Source: Wolbachia endosymbiont strain TRS of Brugia malayi
Lineage (GTDB): Bacteria > Pseudomonadota > Alphaproteobacteria > Rickettsiales > Anaplasmataceae
NCBI RefSeq assembly: GCF_000008385.1
Contig: NC_006833.1
Coordinates: forward strand, 990,001 to 1,022,000
Length of the DNA: 32,000 nt
Direction: 5' to 3'
Both the position numbers and the translations under genes were made by a program. How positions within the stretch are numbered: the first letter of the stretch is position 1; every line of letters starts with the position of its first letter. Below the pieces are notes generated by a model, which worked only from the letters and a program-made list of their open reading frames with translations, did no database searches and was not told the origin of the DNA. Of this stretch, positions 1 to 8,513 are shown one piece after another.

Positions 1-761
1 GAGCTTACATTGCTCCTTTCACTACCTAACGGTGACTCTAAACCGTCTTCACTTAATCCAGGCAAACTTACTCCACTATCTCCACCACTACCATTATTGA
101 GTTCAGAAGCATTTGTTTCTGGTTCTAAAGTATCCATTTTTGTAAGTAATTTTTCTCCAAAATTAAATTGACTATTATCTCTTAGATTGGGTAAGCTTCT
201 CCAACATTTTAGACTTGTTTCTTCACATGTATTACCTGATTCTGAATTTTCAGCAGTGCAACTAAGGGTATTGTCTGCCCCATTTGCAGATTGTTCATTT
301 GTTTCTGCATTAGAATGACTTTCATTACTGTTCTTGCTAACAGCATCTGAAGTTATTAATTTCATAATTATTTGTTCTATTTTTATTTTTTCTATTAGGT
401 TTAGTTCTTTTGATTTTATTATTTCTCTTTTCAACGCTGGAAGAAAGTGTTGGATATAATTATTATAATATTTCTCTTGTTCTATCAGTAATTCTCCTAA
501 TTTAGTTAATACCTCAGGACTAGCTCCTTTCTTGAACAACTTTTTGCATTTCCTGGGAGTCTTATCTTGTCCACTCTCTTGATTTTCTCGATAGTCTTTT
601 TTTGTTACCCTTTTTTTTATAACTTTGCACAATTCTTCTGTTTTTGATGCTGAATAACACTTTACCCCTTCCAAGGCCCGTGAATTTTTAGTAGAATTGT
701 CAAAAGAGTTGTAAGGATTATTCCCTGTTAAATTAAAAACTATCGCTACATTATCATCCAC
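1..761 (-). CDS. Orphan hypothetical protein, N-terminal part only (the gene runs off the left edge). Lys/Glu-rich N-terminal region followed by an Asn/Ser/Glu-rich low-complexity region.
   Basis: My own minus-strand translation is open from a GTG at 759-761 (a TGA lies 12 nt upstream in frame) to base 1 with no stop. It reads VDDNVAIVFNLTGNNPYNSF...KKRVTKKDYRENQESGQDKTPRKCKK...NNGSGGDSGVSLPGLSEDGLESPLGSERSNVS. It is probably absent from the ORF track because no stop lies inside the window. I recognise no family. Confidence 0.5.
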   Translation of the reverse strand, partial: MDDNVAIVFNLTGNNPYNSFDNSTKNSRALEGVKCYSASKTEELCKVIKKRVTKKDYRENQESGQDKTPRKCKKLFKKGASPEVLTKLGELLIEQEKYYNNYIQHFLPALKREIIKSKELNLIEKIKIEQIIMKLITSDAVSKNSNESHSNAETNEQSANGADNTLSCTAENSESGNTCEETSLKCWRSLPNLRDNSQFNFGEKLLTKMDTLEPETNASELNNGSGGDSGVSLPGLSEDGLESPLGSERSNVS

Positions 762-872
762 AGTATTCCTTCATATATAACAAAATGTATAGATACTTTT
801 TCAGCGTTAATTTTACATTAAAATCGGATAACTATTCCCTACCGTAGGAAATTATGGCAACTTGTCTACTGG

Positions 873-1913
873 TTAACTACTTGCCTTGCTAATAATCAGG
901 TCTCCTACTTTTACAGATTTACTTTCAATATAATTGCTTGCCTGTTGAATTAAAATATCTATCACTTCTTTTACAGGCTTTTCCTTATCAACCATACCGA
1001 CACTTTGACCAGCCATTAAAGATCCCGTTTCGATATCTCCTTCAATCACTGCTCCTCTTAAGGCTCCAGCCCAGAATTTCTCTATCTCAAGCTGTCCATC
1101 TTCTTTTGAGATCTGTCCCTTGTGATATTTATCAATAATTTCTTTTTGGTATTGCATAAAATCATCACTTGCTTTATTGGCTATGGCTCTTACTGGAATA
1201 ACAGGAAAATCAGCACTTATCTGTACAGAAGATATTGCATCACGTGCAGCTGATTTAATAAATACTTCCTTAAAATTCTTGTGGGCAATCGATTCATTAG
1301 TGCAAACAAATAATGTGCCTATTTGACAGCCACTTGCTCCCATCTCTAGGTAATTTACTATCATTTCTCCCCTTCCTATTCCACCTGCAACAAACACTGG
1401 TACTCGCTCATCTTTAAAATAAGGTAATATCTCCTGCGAAAGAACAGAAGTGCTGACTGGACCTATGTGCCCACCTGCTTCCATTCCCTCTATTATCAAC
1501 GCATCTACCCCCATTTTTACTAACCTCTTTGCAAGGCTCAATGATGGTGCAAAACACATAACTTCAATGCCCACATTTTTGATTTTTTCTATATTAGGCT
1601 TTACCGGTAGTCCGCCAGCAAGAACTATATGGCTCACTTTTGTTTCAATACATACATCTATCAGCTCACTCAAGTTTGGGTGCATAGTAATTAGATTTAC
1701 ACCAAATGGCTTGTTGGTTAACTTCTGTGTCTCTATAATTTCTTTTTCCAGTAAGTCTGAAGACATCGCACCACATGCAATTACACCAAAGCCACCAGCG
1801 TTTGAGATTGCTGAAACCAAATTTCTCTCTGAAACCCAGCTCATAGCACCACCCATTATTGCAAACTCACTACCAAGAAAATCTGTTCCTTTTTTCCAGA
1901 GGTTACTCAACAT
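873..1913 (-). CDS. Nitronate monooxygenase / 2-nitropropane dioxygenase family protein (FabK-like enoyl-ACP reductase II type)
   Basis: 346-aa ORF with an ATG start. Its FMN-binding TIM-barrel style motifs (GGAMSWVSERNLVSAISNAGGFGVI, AGGLP, EGMEAGGHIGP, AGGIGRG) are typical of the NMO/FabK family. Confidence 0.8.
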   Translation of the reverse strand: MLSNLWKKGTDFLGSEFAIMGGAMSWVSERNLVSAISNAGGFGVIACGAMSSDLLEKEIIETQKLTNKPFGVNLITMHPNLSELIDVCIETKVSHIVLAGGLPVKPNIEKIKNVGIEVMCFAPSLSLAKRLVKMGVDALIIEGMEAGGHIGPVSTSVLSQEILPYFKDERVPVFVAGGIGRGEMIVNYLEMGASGCQIGTLFVCTNESIAHKNFKEVFIKSAARDAISSVQISADFPVIPVRAIANKASDDFMQYQKEIIDKYHKGQISKEDGQLEIEKFWAGALRGAVIEGDIETGSLMAGQSVGMVDKEKPVKEVIDILIQQASNYIESKSVKVGDLIISKASS

Positions 1914-1918
1914 ACAAC

Positions 1919-2440
1919 CTATATAATGCGCTTAAGAATGTTTTGTTTATCTATAAATATGTGCTTTAAAGCACCAAGTATATGTAAGATTATAAAAAAC
2001 ACCGTAAAGTATGCAAGTATCGAGTGTAGCAAATTAGCTGCATTCGCTAGATCTTTGTCTTTATTAATCAACAAAGGAACATGAAAAAGATACTTGATCT
2101 TTATGCTAGAGGCAGAAGACATGACATAACCAGATAATGGCATCAATATCATTAAAGAATACAAAATAAAGTGTACTGTCCTACTTACATTAATTACAAA
2201 TCGAGAAAAACTTGCTGGAAATGTTGGATCACAAGCAAAAATACGAAAAAACATGCGTAATATAATTAATCCAATAACATTAATCCCACAAGCCTTATGA
2301 ACAGTGTATATGCTGAATTTAATTTCATTACTAACCGGCAAGCTTTTCATGTAAAACCCAGAGCAAAGCATACCAACAATAAAAACAGCCATTAACCAAT
2401 GAATAATCCTTAACCCTAAGTTATATTTACTATTTCCCAT
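1919..2440 (-). CDS. Cytochrome b561 family membrane protein
   Basis: 173-aa ORF with four hydrophobic helices. Conserved His residues sit in helix contexts (RIIHWLMAV, VHKACG, TVHFILY, LHSILAYF) as in bacterial CybB-type b561. It lies 5 bp upstream of the next minus-strand gene. Confidence 0.75.
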   Translation of the reverse strand: MGNSKYNLGLRIIHWLMAVFIVGMLCSGFYMKSLPVSNEIKFSIYTVHKACGINVIGLIILRMFFRIFACDPTFPASFSRFVINVSRTVHFILYSLMILMPLSGYVMSSASSIKIKYLFHVPLLINKDKDLANAANLLHSILAYFTVFFIILHILGALKHIFIDKQNILKRII

Positions 2441-2547
2441 TTGATTGATCTAAAATAGAACCCATATATAGAACTTATATAGTAGAAAAACTATTTTTCA
2501 ATCAAAACTATTTGTACAAAATCTTGCTGCATTAATTAACATTTATG

Positions 2548-2930
2548 CAACTGTTGTACATGACGCATAACTATACAAACATTGCAATTTAAAAGACCAT
2601 ATAGCCCATAGAAATGTAAAAACTACTTGACAAACTTCGCTAGCTTCCTTTGTTATAGCACTGAAGGTATTCAGTTATCTTCAATCTGTACAGATTAAAT
2701 GACGAAGTATCACGTAGCTGGTATCTTATGTTTAATTTTTGCACTATATGTACCTTATGTCCTCACAACATTTCCAGGTTTTTACCTATATAAGCTGAAA
2801 CTCGCTTATAAAGCATTTAAGACAGTATAGTATGCCAATTTGCAGAATTAGAGAGTAAAGGCTACCTAATATGGGGTTTCTTTTGCCTTTTTTCTCATTG
2901 GTAAATTTCTTAAGATTTTATAACTGAGAG
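2548..2930 (+). repeat. Copy A of a dispersed ~350-bp non-coding intergenic repeat family
   Basis: Collinear blocks are shared with 12405-12762 (reverse complement), 15293-15835 and 23050-23395. The blocks are ACATTGCAATTT; ATAGCCCATAGAAATGTAAAAACTACTTGACA; CAGATTAAA; TTATGTTTAATTTTTGC; AAGCTGAAACTCGCTTATAAAGCATTTAAGAC; and GGGGTTTCTTTTGCCTTTTTTCTCATTGGTAA. It is rich in stop codons in all frames. Confidence 0.75.
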
Positions 2931-3189
2931 TTAGTTGTAATTCATGAAACCAATTTGTTGTGTGAATTATCTTATTAAAGTAAATATTCATGCAATTGTT
3001 GTGGGTGATATTTGGATGGCACAACCATGAAAGTTATCTTAATACTATAAGGTTCGTAAGTCGGTATTTTAATTTACCTCTCCTATTCAGCCAATTCCTA
3101 TTAAAATTAGGAAAAATAATTCTGGCTTTTATAAAAACTACATATGTATATCAATTCTACGATCACAGTACTGGTAGGTAAGTAGAAAG

Positions 3190-4398
3190 GTGTGTTGCAT
3201 GTGACAATTTGTTAAAGAAATAGTGATAAAAACAGATACAAGAAATATATCTGTACCAACTTCAATAAAGGCGTTATCGGATAGTGAAACTATTACCTCG
3301 GACCATTTTTTAACAGGAATAGAAGAATCAGATAGAGTTTTTGGTGAGAGTATTGTTCAAGGTGCAAGCATTTTTGATTGGTAGTGAACCTGGCATTGGG
3401 AAATCTACCCTTTTGCTTAGAACTGCAGCCAATGTTGCACAATTTTAATCCTTCGAATGTCTTTATATACCTGGTAAGGAATCTCTAGAGCAGTGAGCCT
3501 AGAACAAAGCATCTTAGAATAAAATGAACGAAAATCAAGTTCTCATCTACAGTATCTTTAGCTAATGTAGTAGTGACAATAGAAAGAAAACAAAAGCATT
3601 AGATTTTTAATAATTGATTCCATCAAACAATGTATGATAGTAAAATTACATCAGCACTAGGCACTGTAAATCAGGTACGTACTTGTGTTCATGAATTAAC
3701 CGTTCTTGTAAAACAATACGGTATTTACTTTTTAATAGTTGGCCATATAACCAAGGACAGACAAATAGCAGGACCAAAAACTTGGAACATATGGTGGATA
3801 TAGTACTATATTTTGAGGGTGAAAACAGCAATCAATATCATATTTTGCATGTTATAAAAATAGATTTGGCCCTACAAATGAAGTGGTATTTTGAAATGTC
3901 TGAAGCTGGATTATTATCTATTGAAAATCCATCATCATTATTTCTAGCAGGTAATACTGACGATAGAGAAGTTGTTGACAGTGCTGTTATTTGTAGGAAT
4001 TGAGGATTCCAGAAGACCGATTTTGATGGAAGTTCAAGTGTTAACAGCGGAATAGACACGGAAAACTCAAGAAGAGCAGTAATTGGATGAAATATCAACC
4101 GATTGGCTATTATCATTGCAGTGCTAAATACTCGTTGCAAAATGTCCCTGCATAAAAAAGAAGTGTATCTGAACATTGTATAAGGATTGAAAATACAAGA
4201 ACCATCGGTTGATCTTGCCGTTGCTGACTCTCTTATTTCAAGCATAGTAAGTTTACTGCTGCCAACTTCTTCAATAATTTGCAGTAAAGTTGCACTTTTA
4301 GGTAAGATTAGACATATCTCATATGCTGATCTGAAGCTAAAGAAGCAAAAAAATTAGGATTTCAAAAAGCAATTATGCTTCTCACAATATCAAAATAA
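3190..4398 (+). pseudogene. radA: radA (DNA repair protein RadA/Sms) pseudogene, 5'-truncated with several frameshifts and in-frame stops
   Basis: Recognisable RadA segments lie in different frames. ESDRVFGESIVQGASIF is followed, after a frameshift near 3372, by LIGSEPGIGKSTLLLRTAANVAQ (Walker A, 3386-3406). YIPGKESLEQ is followed by a TGA. IFNN*FHQTMYDS...VRTCVHELTVLVKQYGIYFLIVGHITKDRQIAGPK is followed, after a frameshift, by MEHMVDIVLYFEGENSNQYHILHVIK (track ORF 3782-4003). The C-terminus reads KLGFQKAIMLLTISK* and ends at 4398. The N-terminal zinc-finger region is reduced to VCCM*QFVKE. Confidence 0.85.
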
Positions 4399-4434
4399 TT
4401 AAGCTTGGCCACATAAAGGAATTAAATGAGACCT

Positions 4435-5346
4435 TTAATCACAGCCAAATAGCGCTTTAGCAAATTCTTTACTAGTGAATTCCCTCAAGTCCTCTATACT
4501 CTCACCAATTCCTATAGCGTGTAACTTTACTCTATAAGTTTCTGCAAGCCCAATCACTACTCCTCCCTTAGCAGTACCATCTAGTTTTGTTATAATTAAT
4601 CCTGTAACACTAACCATTTTACTAAATGCCTCTAATTGGCTATAAGCATTTTGACCGGTAGTCGCATCAAGAACCAAAATAACATCATGAGGAGCAGTGC
4701 CATCCAATTTCTTTATCGTTCTATATATCTTTGATAACTCCTCCATAAGATTAACATTATTTTGTAGCCTGCCTGCTGTATCAATCAGAACAACATCTAC
4801 GCTACCTTTTATAGCTTGACTTACAGCTCTATATGCCACACTTGCAGAATCATTGCCATACTCTCCAGTAACAATAAAGCAATCAGAACGTTCTGCCCAG
4901 ATGTTTAACTGTTCACTAGCAGCAGCTCTAAACGTGTCACACGCAACGAGCATGACGGATTTTCCCATATTCTTATATTTATACGCAAGCTTACCTATAG
5001 TTGTGGTTTTACCATTACCATTTACTCCGCATACCATTATTATATGTGGGTTTTTGTCTAAAATTAGTGGTTGCACAACAGGGTTTAATATCGCTTCTAT
5101 TTCGCTCATTAGCTGCTGTGTGATAATATTATGCTCAACTTCTTTATCAAATTTGATGCTCGCGAGCCTATCAATAATCAACTTGGAAGTTTTATGACCA
5201 ATATCCATGCTAATGAGCAGTTCCTCTAATTCATCCAAAAGCGATTGATCTAACTTTTTTTTGGCAGAAAAAATACTTTTCACTCCATCACTGAAGCGAG
5301 AAGAAGTTTTTAACAAGCCTCTATAAAGGTTACTAAACAAACTCAA
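4435..5346 (-). CDS. ftsY: Signal recognition particle receptor FtsY (NG domain only)
   Basis: 303-aa ORF with SRP-GTPase motifs GVNGNGKTTTIGKLA, DTAGR, TKLDGTAKGG. The TTG start is preceded by AAGAGGAG 7 nt upstream. Confidence 0.9.
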   Translation of the reverse strand: MSLFSNLYRGLLKTSSRFSDGVKSIFSAKKKLDQSLLDELEELLISMDIGHKTSKLIIDRLASIKFDKEVEHNIITQQLMSEIEAILNPVVQPLILDKNPHIIMVCGVNGNGKTTTIGKLAYKYKNMGKSVMLVACDTFRAAASEQLNIWAERSDCFIVTGEYGNDSASVAYRAVSQAIKGSVDVVLIDTAGRLQNNVNLMEELSKIYRTIKKLDGTAPHDVILVLDATTGQNAYSQLEAFSKMVSVTGLIITKLDGTAKGGVVIGLAETYRVKLHAIGIGESIEDLREFTSKEFAKALFGCD

Positions 5347-5424
5347 GGGAATACTCCTCTTAAAATTACAATATAAAGAATGACATGCACTACGTGTACT
5401 TGTAAAGTTAAATACAACGTTTTA

Positions 5425-5450
5425 CGTGCATTCTTAAAGTAAAATGCACG
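5425..5450. promoter_or_regulatory. 8-bp perfect inverted repeat (CGTGCATT-N10-AATGCACG) in the divergent ftsY/iscU intergenic region. Candidate operator or hairpin.
   Basis: The left arm is 5425-5432, the right arm is 5443-5450, and the spacer is CTTAAAGTAA. It sits 75 bp upstream of the iscU ATG. The function is inferred only. Confidence 0.3.
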
Positions 5451-5524
5451 CGAAACTAGTGTTTTCACTTTAATTTTTAACCTAAATATGTTATAATACA
5501 GGATGGTAATTTACAGGTAATCTT

Positions 5525-5917
5525 ATGAGTTATAATGAGAAAATTTTGGACCATTATGAAAATCCAAGGAATGTTGGTTCTTTAGACAAAAATGATCCGA
5601 GTGTTGGCACTGGTTTAGTTGGTGCACCATCATGCGGTGATGTGATGAAATTGCAAATAAAGGTCAATGACAAAGGTGTTATTGAAGATGCGAAATTTAA
5701 AACTTTTGGTTGTGGTTCTGCTATTGCCTCAAGCTCTTTACTAACAGAAATGATCAAAGGCAAAACTATTGAAGATGTAACAAAGATAAAGAACACCCAA
5801 ATAGTGGAAGAGTTATCTTTGCCCCCAGTGAAGGTACACTGCTCTGTACTTGCTGAAGACGCTATAAAAGCCGCTATTCATGATTATCAAAGTAAACATA
5901 GTAAAAATGAAAGCTAA
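5525..5917 (+). CDS. iscU: Fe-S cluster assembly scaffold IscU
   Basis: 130-aa ORF with hallmark HYENPRNVG, GAPSCGDVMKLQI, FKTFGCGSAIASSS, LPPVKVHCSVLAEDA. Confidence 0.92.
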   Translation: MSYNEKILDHYENPRNVGSLDKNDPSVGTGLVGAPSCGDVMKLQIKVNDKGVIEDAKFKTFGCGSAIASSSLLTEMIKGKTIEDVTKIKNTQIVEELSLPPVKVHCSVLAEDAIKAAIHDYQSKHSKNES

Positions 5918-5923
5918 AAAGCT

Positions 5924-6328
5924 ATGAGTGAATATCAAGGAGTAAATACTGTAAAGAAAGATAGAAAACCTATCACCATAACTGCAAATGCAGTGGAGAG
6001 GATAAGATATTTATTGGATCAAAAACAGTATACTAACCTTGAGAGATCAGAAGAAGCAATAGGAATAAGAGTCTTAATTAAACAAAAAGGATGTTCTGGT
6101 TTAAAATACGATATTGAATATGCGTATGATATACACCCTTTAGAGTCAGTAATTGAAGAAAGCTGTAGTGATGGTCAAAAAGTTAAAGTGTTGATCGATC
6201 CAAAATCTGTCATGTTTATTCTCGGCTCTGAAATGGATTATGTAGAAGAAAAATTCTCATCTGGTTTTGTTTTCAAAAACCCTAATGAGAAAGGAAAATG
6301 TGGTTGTGGGGAGAGTTTTCATGTCTAG
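5924..6328 (+). CDS. iscA: Iron-sulfur cluster insertion protein IscA/ErpA (HesB family)
   Basis: 134-aa ORF with GCSGLKYDIEY and the C-terminal CGCGESFHV motif. It starts 6 bp after iscU. Confidence 0.85.
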   Translation: MSEYQGVNTVKKDRKPITITANAVERIRYLLDQKQYTNLERSEEAIGIRVLIKQKGCSGLKYDIEYAYDIHPLESVIEESCSDGQKVKVLIDPKSVMFILGSEMDYVEEKFSSGFVFKNPNEKGKCGCGESFHV

Positions 6329-6776
6329 CAATTATTTTGCATTGTTTAAAATTGAACCAGCTTTTAACATCAGCCTTGATGAGCTAGAGAAAAAATATAT
6401 TGAGCTAAGCAAAACTGATATAAATGAAAGACAGTCCCAAAACATGGAAAATATCAACAAAGCTTATCAGGTGCTAAAGTCACCTCTAAAACGTGCGGAG
6501 CATTTGCTGAACCTTTTCGGTGTAAGAAGCCAAGAGGATCAACATAACTTTGAGATATTAAATGAATCAATGGAAATAAGAGAATACTTACTGGATTGCA
6601 ACAATCTGCAACTTGCAAGTGGTATGATTGATGAAAAAATAAAAGATTGCATTAAAAATCTAACTAATAATTTTGCCGTAAAAAATTTTGATGAAGCGGC
6701 AATGCAAGTTTTGAGATTGAAATACTTATATAAGTCATTTGAAGAGATAAAAAATGAGACCAATTCAAATTTCTGA
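6321..6776 (+). CDS. hscB: Fe-S cluster co-chaperone HscB (J-domain protein)
   Basis: The track ORF starts at 6267, but the internal ATG at 6321 (MSSNYFALFKIEPAFNISLDELEKKYIEL...) gives the HscB-like N-terminus. It overlaps the iscA stop by 8 nt (ATGTCTAG). The position between iscA and hscA is canonical. Confidence 0.8.
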   Translation: MSSNYFALFKIEPAFNISLDELEKKYIELSKTDINERQSQNMENINKAYQVLKSPLKRAEHLLNLFGVRSQEDQHNFEILNESMEIREYLLDCNNLQLASGMIDEKIKDCIKNLTNNFAVKNFDEAAMQVLRLKYLYKSFEEIKNETNSNF

Positions 6777-8511
6777 ACCAAATTCAAATGAAGTAGTTTT
6801 TGGTATAGACCTTGGTACTACCAACTCTTTAATTGCTGTGGTAAATAAAGCTGGCAACGTGGAGATATTTACAGATGAGCAGGGAAGAGAGCTACTGCCT
6901 TCTGTTATTTCATATGAAAATAACACATTAAAAACTGGCTATGATGTTGACCAAAACGCTATCTATCCCATAAAACGCCTGATGGGTAAAAGTGTTGAAG
7001 ATTTAAATAAAGAAGGTATCAATCTCGAAATAGATAATGAAAGTGAGAAAATTATCAGGGTAAAATGCTCGGAGGATAAGTATCTCACTCCTATTGAGAT
7101 TTCTGCTGAGATATTAAAAGCTTTGTGTGAAAGAGTAAAAAAGTCCACAGGAATGGAAGTAAGAAAAGCGGTGATTACTGTTCCAGCTTACTTTGATGAT
7201 TCAGCACGTAATGCAACAAAATATGCAGCAAAATTAGCTGGCATAGAGGTTCTTCGCCTCATTAATGAGCCAACCGCAGCAGCACTTTCTTATTCTATTG
7301 CAAAGAACAATAACAGTGGAATATATGCAGTTTACGACCTTGGCGGTGGAACATTTGATATTTCGATATTGAAATTACACCAAGGAGTGTTTCAAGTTCT
7401 TGCGGTTGGTGGTGACACCAAACTTGGTGGTGATGACTTTGATCACCTTCTAAGTATGATTATATTGGATAAATACAGAAAGAAAGTAGGTAAAGATCTC
7501 AATTCTCTTAAGCATTTATCTACAAAATCACGATCTATAAAGGAGCACTTAAGCAAAAACATTTCTAGCACTTTTGAATTCAATATTAATGGTGAATTGT
7601 TTAAATGCAAAATTACAAAAGAAGAATTCGAACAGACAATCAGTTCCTTAGTTAATAAGACTATTAATATAGTCACTCATACTATAAGTAACATAGATCT
7701 TAAAATTGAAGATATAGAAGGAGTAATTTTAGTCGGTGGTGCAACTAGAGTACCACTAGTTCAAAGTTCACTAGTCAAACTTTTTGGCAATAAAGTTCTA
7801 AACGATGTAGATCCGGATAAAGCAGTTGCTATTGGAGCAGCTTTGCAGGCTCATTATTTAACTTCAAACTCAAAAGATAGAAATGTTCTTCTGGATGTTT
7901 TACCTTTATCACTTGGCATAGAAACTATGGGAGGAATAGTTGAAAAAATCATACCAAGAAATACACCACTACCAGTTTCAGAAACAAGAGAGTTTACAAC
8001 CTACATTGATGGACAGACAGCAATAAAAATTCACGTTTGTCAGGGAGAACGTGAAATTATAGAGGATAACAAATCTCTAGCGCAGTTTGAATTAAAAGGT
8101 ATACCGCAACTGCCTGCAGGTTCTGCAAGAGTTGAAATAGAATTTATAGTTAATGTTGACGGAATATTAACTGTTACTGCAAGAGAAAAAACTACTGGAA
8201 TCGAGCAGACAGTTGAAATAAATTCAAGCTTTGGCTTAAGTGAAGCCGACATTCAAGACATGGTTAACCAGTCAATAAACAACTTTGATGAAGATATGAA
8301 AGCTCGTTCCCTTGCAGAAGCTAAAATTAATGGGAATAAGCTCATACATTTGGTTGAAAGCAATGATAATCTTTCCACTGATAAAAATCTGAAAAATCTG
8401 TTACAAAACACAAAAAACGCCTTACAAGGAAATGACTTGAATGAAATTAATAATGCTATCACTGAGCTGGAAAGCTTCTCTTTAGAGTTATGTGAATCAA
8501 CAAATAAGTAG
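6754..8511 (+). CDS. hscA: Fe-S cluster chaperone HscA (Hsp70 family)
   Basis: 585-aa ORF with Hsp70 signatures FGIDLGTTNSLIA, VITVPAYFDD, VYDLGGGTFDISIL, ILVGGATRVPLV. It overlaps the hscB 3' end by 23 nt. Confidence 0.9.
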   Translation: MRPIQISEPNSNEVVFGIDLGTTNSLIAVVNKAGNVEIFTDEQGRELLPSVISYENNTLKTGYDVDQNAIYPIKRLMGKSVEDLNKEGINLEIDNESEKIIRVKCSEDKYLTPIEISAEILKALCERVKKSTGMEVRKAVITVPAYFDDSARNATKYAAKLAGIEVLRLINEPTAAALSYSIAKNNNSGIYAVYDLGGGTFDISILKLHQGVFQVLAVGGDTKLGGDDFDHLLSMIILDKYRKKVGKDLNSLKHLSTKSRSIKEHLSKNISSTFEFNINGELFKCKITKEEFEQTISSLVNKTINIVTHTISNIDLKIEDIEGVILVGGATRVPLVQSSLVKLFGNKVLNDVDPDKAVAIGAALQAHYLTSNSKDRNVLLDVLPLSLGIETMGGIVEKIIPRNTPLPVSETREFTTYIDGQTAIKIHVCQGEREIIEDNKSLAQFELKGIPQLPAGSARVEIEFIVNVDGILTVTAREKTTGIEQTVEINSSFGLSEADIQDMVNQSINNFDEDMKARSLAEAKINGNKLIHLVESNDNLSTDKNLKNLLQNTKNALQGNDLNEINNAITELESFSLELCESTNK

Positions 8512-8513
8512 AG

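Noticed and set aside
1450-1926. 158-aa plus-strand ORF, together with similar antisense ORFs at 938-1138, 4853-5197, 5554-5796, 11531-11731, 11869-12198, 13719-13943, 14818-15018, 17614-17958, 18043-18324, 18499-19116, 18768-18992, 22289-22537, 27390-27620, 28099-28404 and 30110-30388
   Set aside because: Each lies entirely antisense to a much longer ORF that either has clear family motifs or is the better coding candidate. Their translations are low-complexity shadow frames with no recognisable motifs.
2600-2640. Conserved TTGACA box inside repeat copies A, B and D as an internal sigma-70 promoter
   Set aside because: No TATAAT-like -10 element lies at 16-19 bp spacing in any copy, and copy C lacks the box. 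The promoter call is unsupported and is kept only as a conserved block of the repeat.
3646-4245. Minus-strand ORFs 3646-3831 and 3838-4245, and plus-strand ORF 2990-3181
   Set aside because: The first two lie antisense within the radA pseudogene, and the third lies in repeat-flanking non-coding DNA. None has recognisable content. The plus-strand ORF 3782-4003 is simply one surviving frame of radA.
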